Part shown: one piece after another, positions 1-8,300 of the stretch
Numbering within the stretch: the stretch's first letter is position 1
How the letters are laid out: the number at the start of each line of letters is the position of its first letter
Source of the DNA: an uncultured virus (IMG/VR IMGVR_UViG_3300011842_000033)
Taxonomy: Duplodnaviria; Heunggongvirae; Uroviricota; Caudoviricetes
Reading direction: 5' to 3' (one strand)
DNA: 64,000 nucleotides
Virus record (IMG/VR): IMGVR_UViG_3300011842_000033
The notes under the pieces: model-generated
Seen by the model: the letters and a program-made list of their open reading frames with translations, nothing else
Database searches by the model: none
Told to the model about the DNA's origin: nothing
Translations under genes and position numbers: made by a program

Positions 1-1590
1 GGCAAGCCTTCCCCGACCCCATCCGCTGACGAAGCCGCTGCGCCGGCCGGCTCCTCCGACACCGGGGGGCAGGGGGCGGGCTTTACGCCTGAGCAGGTTC
101 TGCGACGTTTTGCGCTGGTAGAGGGCACGACGCACGTCTGGGACCAGGACAAGAAAGCGGTGATGAAGAAGACCGCATTCGAGGCGCTGGTGACGAAGCC
201 GCTGGCGAAGGCCTGGGCGGATGACGTGAGCAAGAAGCTGATCGGTGCGGATACGGTGCGCGAGATCGAGCAGGCGCGCCGCATGGCAGGCAAGAAGGCC
301 GGGGCACTCGGCATGCCGCCGACAGAGCGCTATGTGTACATCGATGGGACGAAGGATGTATGGGACCGCGAGAAGAAGCGGCGGATTCCTGAAGGCGCCG
401 TGAAGATGGCGCTGGGCGATGCCTACGCGCTGTGGCTGAACTCGGCAGAGCGGCGCACGGTGGACGTGGACCATATCGTGTTCGACCCGACGATGACGAA
501 GGACCCGGCGACGTACATCAACACGTTCGAGGGCCTGCCGCTGGAGCCGGTGCGCGATGACGCGGCGTGCGAGAACCTGCGCTGGCTGATCTCGTTTCTG
601 TGCAACCACGACGGCAAGGCGCTGGACTGGCTGACGAAGTGGCTGGCCTTTCCGTTGCAGCATCCGGGCGCAAAGCTGGACACCGCTGTGCTGATGCATT
701 CGGTGATGGAGGGTTCCGGTAAGAGCCTGTTCTTCGCGGACACGATGGGTGCGCTGTATGGGCAGTACGCGGCGACGGTGGGGCAGACGCAGCTGGAGTC
801 GAACTTCAACGCGTGGCAGAGCCGGAAGCTGTGGGCGGTGTTTGAGGAGGTGGTCAGCCGCGACCAGCGTTACAACCAGGTGGGCAAGATCAAGCATCTG
901 ATCACCGGCAAGACGGTGCGGATGGAGTCGAAGTTCATCAATGGTTGGGAAGAAGCCAACCATATGAATGCGGTGTTTCTCTCGAACGAGATTCTGCCGT
1001 GGCCGATCAGTGACAGTGACCGCCGGCTGCTGGTGATGTGGCCACAGGAGACGTTGCCGCCGGAGCGGCAGCAGGCGATCGGGCGCGAGCTGGCCAATGG
1101 TGGTGTGGCTGCGCTGTATGCGTGGCTGCTGGCGGTTGACCTGGGTGACTTCAACGAGCGCACGCGCCCTCCGCATACCGATGCGCGGCAGCGCCTGGTG
1201 GCGTTAAGCCGGGCCGGCTGGCAGACCTTCCTGCATCAGTGGCGTACGCAGGAGCTGGGGCGCGGCTTGTGGGGCGGCTGCCTGTCGAGCGATCTCTATT
1301 CGCTGTTCCTCGAGTGGTGCCAGCGCAACCGGGAACACGCGATGAGCCAGACGAAGTTCTCGCTGTTCATCAGTTCCGAGGTAGAGAAGACGGCACGACC
1401 GATCCCCTGGACGGATGGCAACTCACGGCGCTTTGGTGCGTTCTTCATCCCTGACGATCCGAACTCTTCCCTGCCCCCATCTCTGACGAGCGCTGCGCTC
1501 GGCCAGTTGGTGAAGGATTGGCGTGCGAAGGCGCGGGAGGCGGGCTGGGACGTGGATGGCTGGGATCATGTGAAGGGGAAGGCAGCATGA
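1..1590 (+). CDS. Phage primase-helicase, C-terminal SF3/D5-like helicase part (5'-truncated by window)
   Basis: Frame open from base 1; Walker A EGSGKS, Walker B VFEE; near-identical to 39207-40793. Confidence 0.9.
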   Translation, partial: GKPSPTPSADEAAAPAGSSDTGGQGAGFTPEQVLRRFALVEGTTHVWDQDKKAVMKKTAFEALVTKPLAKAWADDVSKKLIGADTVREIEQARRMAGKKAGALGMPPTERYVYIDGTKDVWDREKKRRIPEGAVKMALGDAYALWLNSAERRTVDVDHIVFDPTMTKDPATYINTFEGLPLEPVRDDAACENLRWLISFLCNHDGKALDWLTKWLAFPLQHPGAKLDTAVLMHSVMEGSGKSLFFADTMGALYGQYAATVGQTQLESNFNAWQSRKLWAVFEEVVSRDQRYNQVGKIKHLITGKTVRMESKFINGWEEANHMNAVFLSNEILPWPISDSDRRLLVMWPQETLPPERQQAIGRELANGGVAALYAWLLAVDLGDFNERTRPPHTDARQRLVALSRAGWQTFLHQWRTQELGRGLWGGCLSSDLYSLFLEWCQRNREHAMSQTKFSLFISSEVEKTARPIPWTDGNSRRFGAFFIPDDPNSSLPPSLTSAALGQLVKDWRAKAREAGWDVDGWDHVKGKAA

Positions 1591-1928
1591 GTGCGCGCGA
1601 TTGTGTGTCTGGTGTGTTGGGTTGTGTCGGGTTTGGTTTTGCGACCCAACACAGCGCGGAGCAAGCAACGGCGGGGCTTTGCGGCGTGTGTGCGGGGTGT
1701 GTCGGGTTTGACGCGCGCGCAGGCGTGCATGCGGCGATTCGTTTGGCTGTTTCAAAGGCGGCGCTGTTTTTTTCTTATGCGAGGGCTGAAAAACCCAACA
1801 AACCCAACACACCCGACACAGATGCTTTGAAAGTATTGATTTGTAAGGGTTTTGAGTGTGTCGGGTTTGTGTTGGGTTGGGCGTTTGTGTGTCGGGTTGG
1901 TTTTGCAGGGGAGGTGGGCCGTGATTGA
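1587..1928 (+). CDS. Small ORF running through the iteron array, overlapping both neighbours
   Basis: ATGA overlap with primase stop; homologous ORF at 40790-41122. Confidence 0.4.
   Translation: MSARDCVSGVLGCVGFGFATQHSAEQATAGLCGVCAGCVGFDARAGVHAAIRLAVSKAALFFSYARAEKPNKPNTPDTDALKVLICKGFECVGFVLGWAFVCRVGFAGEVGRD
1600..1900. repeat. Putative replication origin: TGTGTYGGGT iterons in both orientations around an AT-rich tract
   Basis: About 10 copies, e.g. ~1613, 1623, 1697, 1857, 1868, 1888 forward and 1644, 1791-1820 reverse; directly after primase-helicase. Confidence 0.7.
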
Positions 1929-2412
1929 GGCAGTCGAGGCGTTGTTGCAGCACTGGGGAGAGCGGTGCCGTGGCGGGCTGGGTTCGCCTGGTGCGTCGGG
2001 TTCGTCACCGCTGGCGGCGGCGATGCAGTACGGCGGGATGATCCCCACTTCTGGTCGCGGCTCGATGGGGCTGGCTGGTGCGGTGGATCACGCTGCCGAG
2101 GAGGTGGATGCGGCCATCGGAACGCTCAAGCAGGCCGGGCTGGCACAGGACCGCAAGCTGGCGAAGGCGTGGAAGCTGGCAGGCCGCACCGGTCGCCCGC
2201 CGTTCTGCCTGGAAACGCAGCTGGTGAAGCTGGCCATGGTGCGCTACCTGCCTGACCCGATCCCGACGATTAAGCAGCAGATGCGGCGGGTGAAGATCGG
2301 TTCGGAGCGTACCTATCACGAGCGCGTGCAGCAGCTGCACGAGCGGGTGAGGGCGGAGCTGGAATGCCGCCGCCGGATGCAGCGGGTGCATGGCGGGCGT
2401 TACGTGGCTTAA
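1921..2412 (+). CDS. Putative late-gene regulator (Q-position protein, C-terminal HTH-like segment)
   Basis: Sits between origin and holin; QQMRRVKIGSERTYHERVQQLH aligns with the 41119-41706 product. Confidence 0.55.
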   Translation: MIEAVEALLQHWGERCRGGLGSPGASGSSPLAAAMQYGGMIPTSGRGSMGLAGAVDHAAEEVDAAIGTLKQAGLAQDRKLAKAWKLAGRTGRPPFCLETQLVKLAMVRYLPDPIPTIKQQMRRVKIGSERTYHERVQQLHERVRAELECRRRMQRVHGGRYVA

Positions 2413-2434
2413 TTCCTTCCGCCACATTGGCGGG

Positions 2435-2523
2435 AGATAACCGGCAGATAAGCATTAGATAACCGGAACATTGCCGGGTGGCGTTAACTCACCGTTTACG
2501 CCGCCGCAGTCGGGGGGTACAAA
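2435..2523 (+). promoter_or_regulatory. Putative late promoter with three phased upstream direct repeats
   Basis: AGATAA at 2435, 2446, 2457; TTTACG-17bp-TACAAA at 2495-2523; same layout at 41740-41824. Confidence 0.5.
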
Positions 2524-2529
2524 GCGCAT

Positions 2530-2652
2530 AACAGGTCAGAGCAGCGCCAAGGCGATGACCGAAACGAGCCTAACTTGCTGTGTCAGGCAAAGGCCGGTTC
2601 CCCTGCCGGTCACCTCTCAAAGCCCCGCCATCGTGCGGGGCTTTGTCTTTTC
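2530..2652 (+). ncRNA. Candidate structured late-leader small RNA
   Basis: Three hairpins (second and third carry TGCTGTGTC and TTCCCC) plus terminator AAAGCCCCGC/GCGGGGCTTT; structure conserved at 41831-41963. Confidence 0.5.
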
Positions 2653-2726
2653 TGGCTGATGGCGCCGCCATCGCCCTTGCCCGTCGCCATGCGGGCTTTT
2701 TTATTCGCAGTTCAGGAGTGCGGTGC

Positions 2727-3065
2727 ATGTCGACCGAACAGCAGATGCAGCAGTCGCTGGCAGACCTGCCGGCGTGGATGCTGATCCTTGTCGCGCTTGC
2801 TGGGCTGACCGGCGAGATGTGGCGCGCCGAGGCTGCTGGTGTGGCTGTCGGGGTGCTGGTCAAGCGAGTGCTGCTGCGCTTCGGCAGCTCGGCGCTGTTC
2901 GGCGTATCGATGCTGATGTTCGTCTACTGGCTCAAGCAGGACTATCTGCTGGCTGGCGCGATGGGCATCGCTGTGGGCCTGATCGGTGCAGACATCGCCG
3001 GTGGCATCTATGCGCGCTACCTGGCCAAGAAGGCGGGAGTCTGCAATGTCGAGCGGCAGGGCTGA
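2727..3065 (+). CDS. Phage holin
   Basis: Small multi-TM protein, AGGAG RBS, first late gene; homolog at 41984. Confidence 0.8.
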   Translation: MSTEQQMQQSLADLPAWMLILVALAGLTGEMWRAEAAGVAVGVLVKRVLLRFGSSALFGVSMLMFVYWLKQDYLLAGAMGIAVGLIGADIAGGIYARYLAKKAGVCNVERQG

Positions 3066-3420
3066 CCGGCGCGGCACGGCTGCGTCACGCGGGTATGGCT
3101 ACCGCTGGCAGCTGGCCCGTGAAGATCACCTGAGGCGCAATCCGTTTTGCGGGGAGTGCAGCAGCCCGGCCCGCCCGGTGCTGGCGCAGGTGGTCGACCA
3201 CAAGACGCCGCCCCGGCTGAAGGAAGCGAAGGCGAGCGGTGACCCCGAGCGCATTGCGGCTGCCTGGAAGTTGTTCTGGTCGCGGGATAACTGGCAGTCG
3301 CTGTGCACCAACTGCCACAGCTCGGACAAGCAGCGCTTCGAGAAGTCGGGGCGTCAGGCAGGGTGCGGCACCGATGGCCGGCCGCTCGACCCGCGCCACC
3401 ACTGGCACCGCCCAGGGTAG
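3046..3420 (+). CDS. Terminase-associated HNH endonuclease
   Basis: RGYGYRWQ, CxxC, VDH, NWQSLCxxCH motifs; upstream of terS. Confidence 0.9.
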   Translation: MSSGRADRRGTAASRGYGYRWQLAREDHLRRNPFCGECSSPARPVLAQVVDHKTPPRLKEAKASGDPERIAAAWKLFWSRDNWQSLCTNCHSSDKQRFEKSGRQAGCGTDGRPLDPRHHWHRPG

Positions 3421-3537
3421 GGGGGTGAAAAATTCAGCCGGCGACCCACTCTAGACCAGTCCCCCATCACCGTGTGCAACGGCGGGAAAAATGGAGAGGG
3501 GGGGGATCCGGAAAACGAAGCGCATCAGAGGTTATTT

Positions 3538-4062
3538 ATGGCCGGAAACAGTAACTCGGGACGCCCGGGCAAGCCGGCGCACCTGCACCTGCTACAGGGT
3601 AACCCGAGCAAAAAGAACGCCGACCAGTTGCTGGCCGAGGTGCTGGAACCGGCCGTGCCGGTCAACGCACCGCCGAAGCCTGACTGGCTGAGTGCCGAGG
3701 CTGCGGCCGAGTGGGATCGCGTGGTTGCGGACCTGCTTACCCTCGGCTGGATCAGCAAGTTGGACATGATGGCGCTGGCCACCTACTGCGAAGCGGTAGC
3801 GGACTGGCAGCGCTTCCGCCGGCTGATCGCCGAGCACAACGCCAAGGCTGAATGCAGTGGCGACATCCAGACATTCGCCACTGGCGCCAAGCAGATCAGC
3901 GTGTGGCGGCAGCTGGCCAACGACGCCGAAAAGCGCGCGAACGCCGCCGGCGCCCTGTTTGGCTTCTCGCCGATGGCCCGCCGCAACATGAAGGCGGCGG
4001 CCCCGCAAGGTGAGCTATTCCCCAATGAACAACGAGACGCTGCCGCCAAGTACTTCAGTTGA
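3538..4062 (+). CDS. Terminase small subunit (P27 family)
   Basis: GRPGKP..L+GNP, PPxWLSxEAxxEW, FGFSPxAR motifs. Confidence 0.9.
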   Translation: MAGNSNSGRPGKPAHLHLLQGNPSKKNADQLLAEVLEPAVPVNAPPKPDWLSAEAAAEWDRVVADLLTLGWISKLDMMALATYCEAVADWQRFRRLIAEHNAKAECSGDIQTFATGAKQISVWRQLANDAEKRANAAGALFGFSPMARRNMKAAAPQGELFPNEQRDAAAKYFS

Positions 4063-5848
4063 CCGCGTAACCGCATTCGCCCAGGCGGTGCTGGCCGGTG
4101 AGCTGGTCGCAGGCCCTGACGTGCGTAACGCCTGCAAGCGCCACCTGCGCGACCGCGATACCGCCGAACTGCGCGGGCTGGTCTGGGATCAGGCCGCCGC
4201 TGACAAGGCGCTCGGCTTCTTCGAGGAAGTGCTCTGCCTGAACGGCGGCGAGTACGAGGGCGAACCCTTCGTGCTGGCGCCCTGGCAGGCCTTTGTGGTC
4301 GGCAGCCTGTTCGGTTGGTACACCGTTGACGGCTACCGCCGGTTCCGGATGGCCTACATTGAGACGGGCAAGGGCTCCGGCAAGTCGCCGCTGGTGGGTG
4401 GCATCGGCCTTTACGGCCTTGTCGCCGACGACGAGCAGCGCGCCGAGATCTACGCAGCCGCCACCAAGCGCGACCAGGCGATGATCCTGTTCCGCGATGC
4501 CGTGAGCATGGTCAACATGTCGCCCGCGCTGGTGCGCCGACTGGTGCAATCGGGTCGGGACGAGAAGGTCTGGAACCTGTTCTACCCGAGCACCAATAGC
4601 TTCTTCCGGCCGATCAGCTCGGACGATGGTCAGTCCGGCCCGCGTCCGCACATCGGCCTGCTGGACGAGCTGCACGAGCACAAGAGCGCCACCGCCGTAA
4701 ACATGATGCGCGCCGGCACGAAGAACCGCCGCCGCGCCATGATCGTGATGATCACCAACAGCGGCAGCGACAAGAACAGCGTCTGCGGTCAGTACCACGA
4801 GTTGGGCAAGCGCATCTGCGCTGGCATCGAGGACAACGACAGCCTGTTCGCCTTCATCTGCTCCCTGGACGAAGGCGACGACCCGTTCACTGATGAGAGC
4901 TGCTGGGCGAAGGTCAACCCCTCGCTGGACTTCGTAGCTGATCCGGAGCGGCAAACCGAGGGCATTCCCGGCCGCAAGTATTTGCGCGAGCAGGTGGCCG
5001 AAGCGCGAGGCCTGCCGGCGAAAGAGGCGGTCGTGCGCCGTCTGAACTTCTGCCAGTGGACCCAGGCGGACAACCCCTGGATCGGCTGGGACGTTTGGAG
5101 CGCCGCCGAAGAGCGCGTGCCCATGCGCCTGCTGCGCAACCGCCCTGCGGTGGCGGGGCTCGACCTGTCGAGTACCACCGACCTCACGGCGTTCGCGTTG
5201 CTGTTCTACCCGACCGAAGCCGACCCGCACTGGCGGCTACTGCCGTACTTCTGGATTCCGGACCATCAGCTCGAGGAGCGGGAGCGCCGCGACAAGGTGC
5301 CCTACAGCGTTTGGATCAAGGAAGGCCATCTCGAAACCACGCCGGGCAAGGCCATCAGCAAGCTGCATGTGCTGCGCCGGCTGCAGACGATCTGCGACTA
5401 CTTCGAGGTGCACCAGATCGCTTACGACCGCTGGCGCATCGAAGACCTGCGCGAGCTGATGAACGAACACGGCATCACGCTCCCCGAGCTGACCCCGTTC
5501 GGCCAAGGCTTCAAGGACATGGGGCCGGCGGTGGATGAGTTCGAGCGGCGCCTGCTGGGTACCGTTGCGGAACCGGACGTGCTCGACCTAGACCCCGGCG
5601 ACTACCAACTGGTACCGCGCGAGGCGGGGGAAGTCGAAACGCTGCGGCACGACGGCAATCCGGTGCTGACCTGGAACGCAGGTAATGCCATCACCGTGTC
5701 GGACCCAGCCGGCAACCGCAAAGTGGACAAGCAAAAGGCGATCGGCCGTATCGATGGCATCGTCGCCGCGATCATGGCGACCGGCATCAGCGGCGCCGGC
5801 AGCGTGAGCAGCGGCACCTCAATCTACGAAGAAGGCACGGGCATATGA
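4025..5848 (+). CDS. Terminase large subunit
   Basis: GKGSGKS Walker A, LLDELHEH Walker B, GLDLS nuclease motif, RIDGIVA; start uncertain. Confidence 0.95.
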   Translation: MNNETLPPSTSVDRVTAFAQAVLAGELVAGPDVRNACKRHLRDRDTAELRGLVWDQAAADKALGFFEEVLCLNGGEYEGEPFVLAPWQAFVVGSLFGWYTVDGYRRFRMAYIETGKGSGKSPLVGGIGLYGLVADDEQRAEIYAAATKRDQAMILFRDAVSMVNMSPALVRRLVQSGRDEKVWNLFYPSTNSFFRPISSDDGQSGPRPHIGLLDELHEHKSATAVNMMRAGTKNRRRAMIVMITNSGSDKNSVCGQYHELGKRICAGIEDNDSLFAFICSLDEGDDPFTDESCWAKVNPSLDFVADPERQTEGIPGRKYLREQVAEARGLPAKEAVVRRLNFCQWTQADNPWIGWDVWSAAEERVPMRLLRNRPAVAGLDLSSTTDLTAFALLFYPTEADPHWRLLPYFWIPDHQLEERERRDKVPYSVWIKEGHLETTPGKAISKLHVLRRLQTICDYFEVHQIAYDRWRIEDLRELMNEHGITLPELTPFGQGFKDMGPAVDEFERRLLGTVAEPDVLDLDPGDYQLVPREAGEVETLRHDGNPVLTWNAGNAITVSDPAGNRKVDKQKAIGRIDGIVAAIMATGISGAGSVSSGTSIYEEGTGI

Positions 5849-6018
5849 AACTGATGGTGCTTTCCTGGCTGGCCGGGCTGGCTGGGTTCGGCCTGCTGGT
5901 GGCGGGTGTCGCCCTGCTCAACATACCCGCCGCGCTGATGGTGGCAGGTGGTGGGCTGCTCGGCTGGTCCTATCTGGCCGACCGCGCTGCTGCCAAACTC
6001 AACGCAAAAGGGGGCTGA
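5845..6018 (+). CDS. Small membrane protein between terminase and portal (57 aa; not in ORF track)
   Basis: MKLMVLSWLAGLAGFGLLVAGVALLNIPAALMVAGG...; ATGA overlap with terL stop. Confidence 0.7.
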   Translation: MKLMVLSWLAGLAGFGLLVAGVALLNIPAALMVAGGGLLGWSYLADRAAAKLNAKGG

Positions 6019-6019
6019 C

Positions 6020-7291
6020 ATGTTCTTTTCCAGCCTTCTCGGCGACACGCGCGGCAGCATCACCGAAAGCAACGACTGGTGGCGCGGGCTGATCGGCCGC
6101 GGCAAGAACAGCAGCGGGATGGTCGTCACGCCGGAAACGGCGCTGGGCATCCCGGTGCTGCAGAACTGCGTCACCCTGCTGGCCGAATCCATCGGCCAGT
6201 TGCCGCTGGAGCTGTACCGCCGGCAAGGGCAGGGCCAACGCGAAGCGGCCATCAACCATCCGCTGTACGACGTGCTGCGCTACCAGCCCAACGGCTTTCA
6301 AACGCCGTACGAACTGCGCGAGTGCACCCAGCTCTCCGCTGGCCTGCGCGGCAACGGCTTCCAGCTGATCGAACGGCGCGACGACGGCAACGTGGCTGCG
6401 CTCTGGCCCCTGGATACCAGTAAGGTGATCACCTACAAGGGCGGCGACATGCTGCCCTACTACCAGGTGGGCAACCATCCGGAGCGGCTGCCGATGCGCA
6501 TGGTTCACCATGTGCGCTGGCACACGGTCAACCACTACACCGGGCTGTCGCCCATCGAGCTGCACGCCGAAGCGGTGGGGCTGGCGCAGGCGGTACGCCA
6601 GTACACTGGCAAGAGCTTCGCCAATGGTGCGGCGGTTTCCGGCGTCATCGAGCGGCCCCGCGAGGCGCCGCCGATCAAGGATCAGGCGAGCATCGATCGC
6701 ATTCTGGATCAGTGGGGTGACAAGTACGGCGGCATGGACAACGCCAAGAAGGTCGCGCTGCTGCAGGAAGGCATGGCCTTCAAGCCGATCAGCATGAGCC
6801 ACGTCGATGCCGACATCGTCAATATCCTCAAGCTCAGCGGCACCGACGTAGCGCGGATCTACAAGATCCCGCTGCCGATGGTCAACGATCTGGAGAAGTC
6901 GAACTACAACACGCTGGAACAGCTGCTGATCCAGTTCGTAGTTTTCGCGTTGCTTCCGTGGGTCAAGCGTCACGAGCAATCGATGATGCGTGACTTCCTG
7001 CTGCCCAAGGACCGGCGCGACCACTTCATTGAGTTCAACCTGTCCGGCCTGCTGCGCGGCGACCAGAAGAGCCGCTACGAGTCGTACGCCATTGGCCGTC
7101 AATGGGGCTGGCTGAGCGTCAATGACATTCGGCGACTGGAGAACATGCCCCCGGTTGCCGGCGGCGATGTGTACCTGCAGCCGCTGAACATGGTCGATGC
7201 CGGCAAGGGCATGCCCGACCTGAACAACCCCAACGTCCGCGCGCAGCTCGAACTGCAGCACGCTGAAATCGAGAGGATCCTGGCGCAATGA
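6020..7291 (+). CDS. HK97-family portal protein
   Basis: HPLYDVLRYQPN, GLSPI, GWLSVNDIRRLENMPP. Confidence 0.95.
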   Translation: MFFSSLLGDTRGSITESNDWWRGLIGRGKNSSGMVVTPETALGIPVLQNCVTLLAESIGQLPLELYRRQGQGQREAAINHPLYDVLRYQPNGFQTPYELRECTQLSAGLRGNGFQLIERRDDGNVAALWPLDTSKVITYKGGDMLPYYQVGNHPERLPMRMVHHVRWHTVNHYTGLSPIELHAEAVGLAQAVRQYTGKSFANGAAVSGVIERPREAPPIKDQASIDRILDQWGDKYGGMDNAKKVALLQEGMAFKPISMSHVDADIVNILKLSGTDVARIYKIPLPMVNDLEKSNYNTLEQLLIQFVVFALLPWVKRHEQSMMRDFLLPKDRRDHFIEFNLSGLLRGDQKSRYESYAIGRQWGWLSVNDIRRLENMPPVAGGDVYLQPLNMVDAGKGMPDLNNPNVRAQLELQHAEIERILAQ

Positions 7292-8235
7292 AAGCCTATC
7301 TCAGAGCAGCCAGCCTGCTCTTCAACCAGCCGCTGCTGATTACCCCGGACATGCTCGAACTGGGCGTGCGCTGGGCCAACCAGGCGATGAGCCTGAACAT
7401 CGTCAACATCGGTGCCAGTGACGGCGCCCGGATGATCGAGGACGAAGGCCACAGCGACCGCCTGGCGGTGGCCGAGGAAAGCCGGCGGCAGACCATCGCG
7501 CGCACCGGCATTCAGGTCATCGACGTGCACGGTGTGCTGGTCAGCCGCGGAGCGCACCTGCAGCCCTGCGAAACCATGACCAGCTACGAAGGGCTTCGCC
7601 AGCAGCTTCGCGCCGCGGTCGCTGATCCGATGGTCGAGCACATCGTGCTGGACATCGACAGCCCGGGTGGCGCCGCTACCGGTGCCTTCGAGCTGGCTGC
7701 GGACATTCGTGCCATGGCCCAGCAAAAGCCGATCACCGGGGTGATCAACTTCAGCGGCTACAGCGGCGGCTACATCATCGCGGCGGCCTGCAGCGAGATC
7801 GTCGTCAGCCAGACCAGTGGGGTCGGCTCAATTGGCGTCATCGCCAGCCACTACGACCGCAGCCAGATGAACGAAAAGCTCGGCGTGAAGGTGACCACCG
7901 TCTACGCCGGCTCGCACAAGAACGACCTGACGCCGCATGAGCCGATCAGCGACCAGTCGCTGAAGGTGCTGAACGACCTGGTGCAGGAGAGCTATCAGCT
8001 GTTCGTCAACGCCGTGGCTGAGTACCGGGGGCTGTCCGTGCAGCAAGTCATCGACACCCAGGCAGGCCTCTACCGTGGCAAGGCTGGCATCGCGGCGGGG
8101 CTAGCCGATCGGCTGCAAAGCCCGCAGCAGGCCGTGGATGAGATATCCCAGGCCATCGCCCAGGCGCGAGCCCAGCGCAGCCCGACGCGGATTGGCATGC
8201 GCGCCGCCGCAGCCGACTTGCAAACCCGATTCTGA
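7288..8235 (+). CDS. S49 (SppA/ClpP-like) head maturation protease
   Basis: LDIDSPGG, SGGY, GSIGV motifs. Confidence 0.9.
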   Translation: MKAYLRAASLLFNQPLLITPDMLELGVRWANQAMSLNIVNIGASDGARMIEDEGHSDRLAVAEESRRQTIARTGIQVIDVHGVLVSRGAHLQPCETMTSYEGLRQQLRAAVADPMVEHIVLDIDSPGGAATGAFELAADIRAMAQQKPITGVINFSGYSGGYIIAAACSEIVVSQTSGVGSIGVIASHYDRSQMNEKLGVKVTTVYAGSHKNDLTPHEPISDQSLKVLNDLVQESYQLFVNAVAEYRGLSVQQVIDTQAGLYRGKAGIAAGLADRLQSPQQAVDEISQAIAQARAQRSPTRIGMRAAAADLQTRF

Positions 8236-8258
8236 CCGCGTTCGCGGCAGCTAACCCG

Positions 8259-8281
8259 AGCCCGCCCAGTGCGGGCTTTTT
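8259..8281 (+). terminator. Hairpin plus T-run before capsid gene
   Basis: AGCCCGC-ccagt-GCGGGCT-TTTT. Confidence 0.55.
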
Positions 8282-8300
8282 CATGCCCAGGAGACACCCG

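Noticed and set aside
1..1590. Assembly duplication of the primase region
   Set aside because: The copies differ by many synonymous and amino-acid changes and have different downstream genes.
1600..1900. Repeat clusters as CRISPR array
   Set aside because: Units are ~10 bp in both orientations, with no regular spacers and no cas genes.
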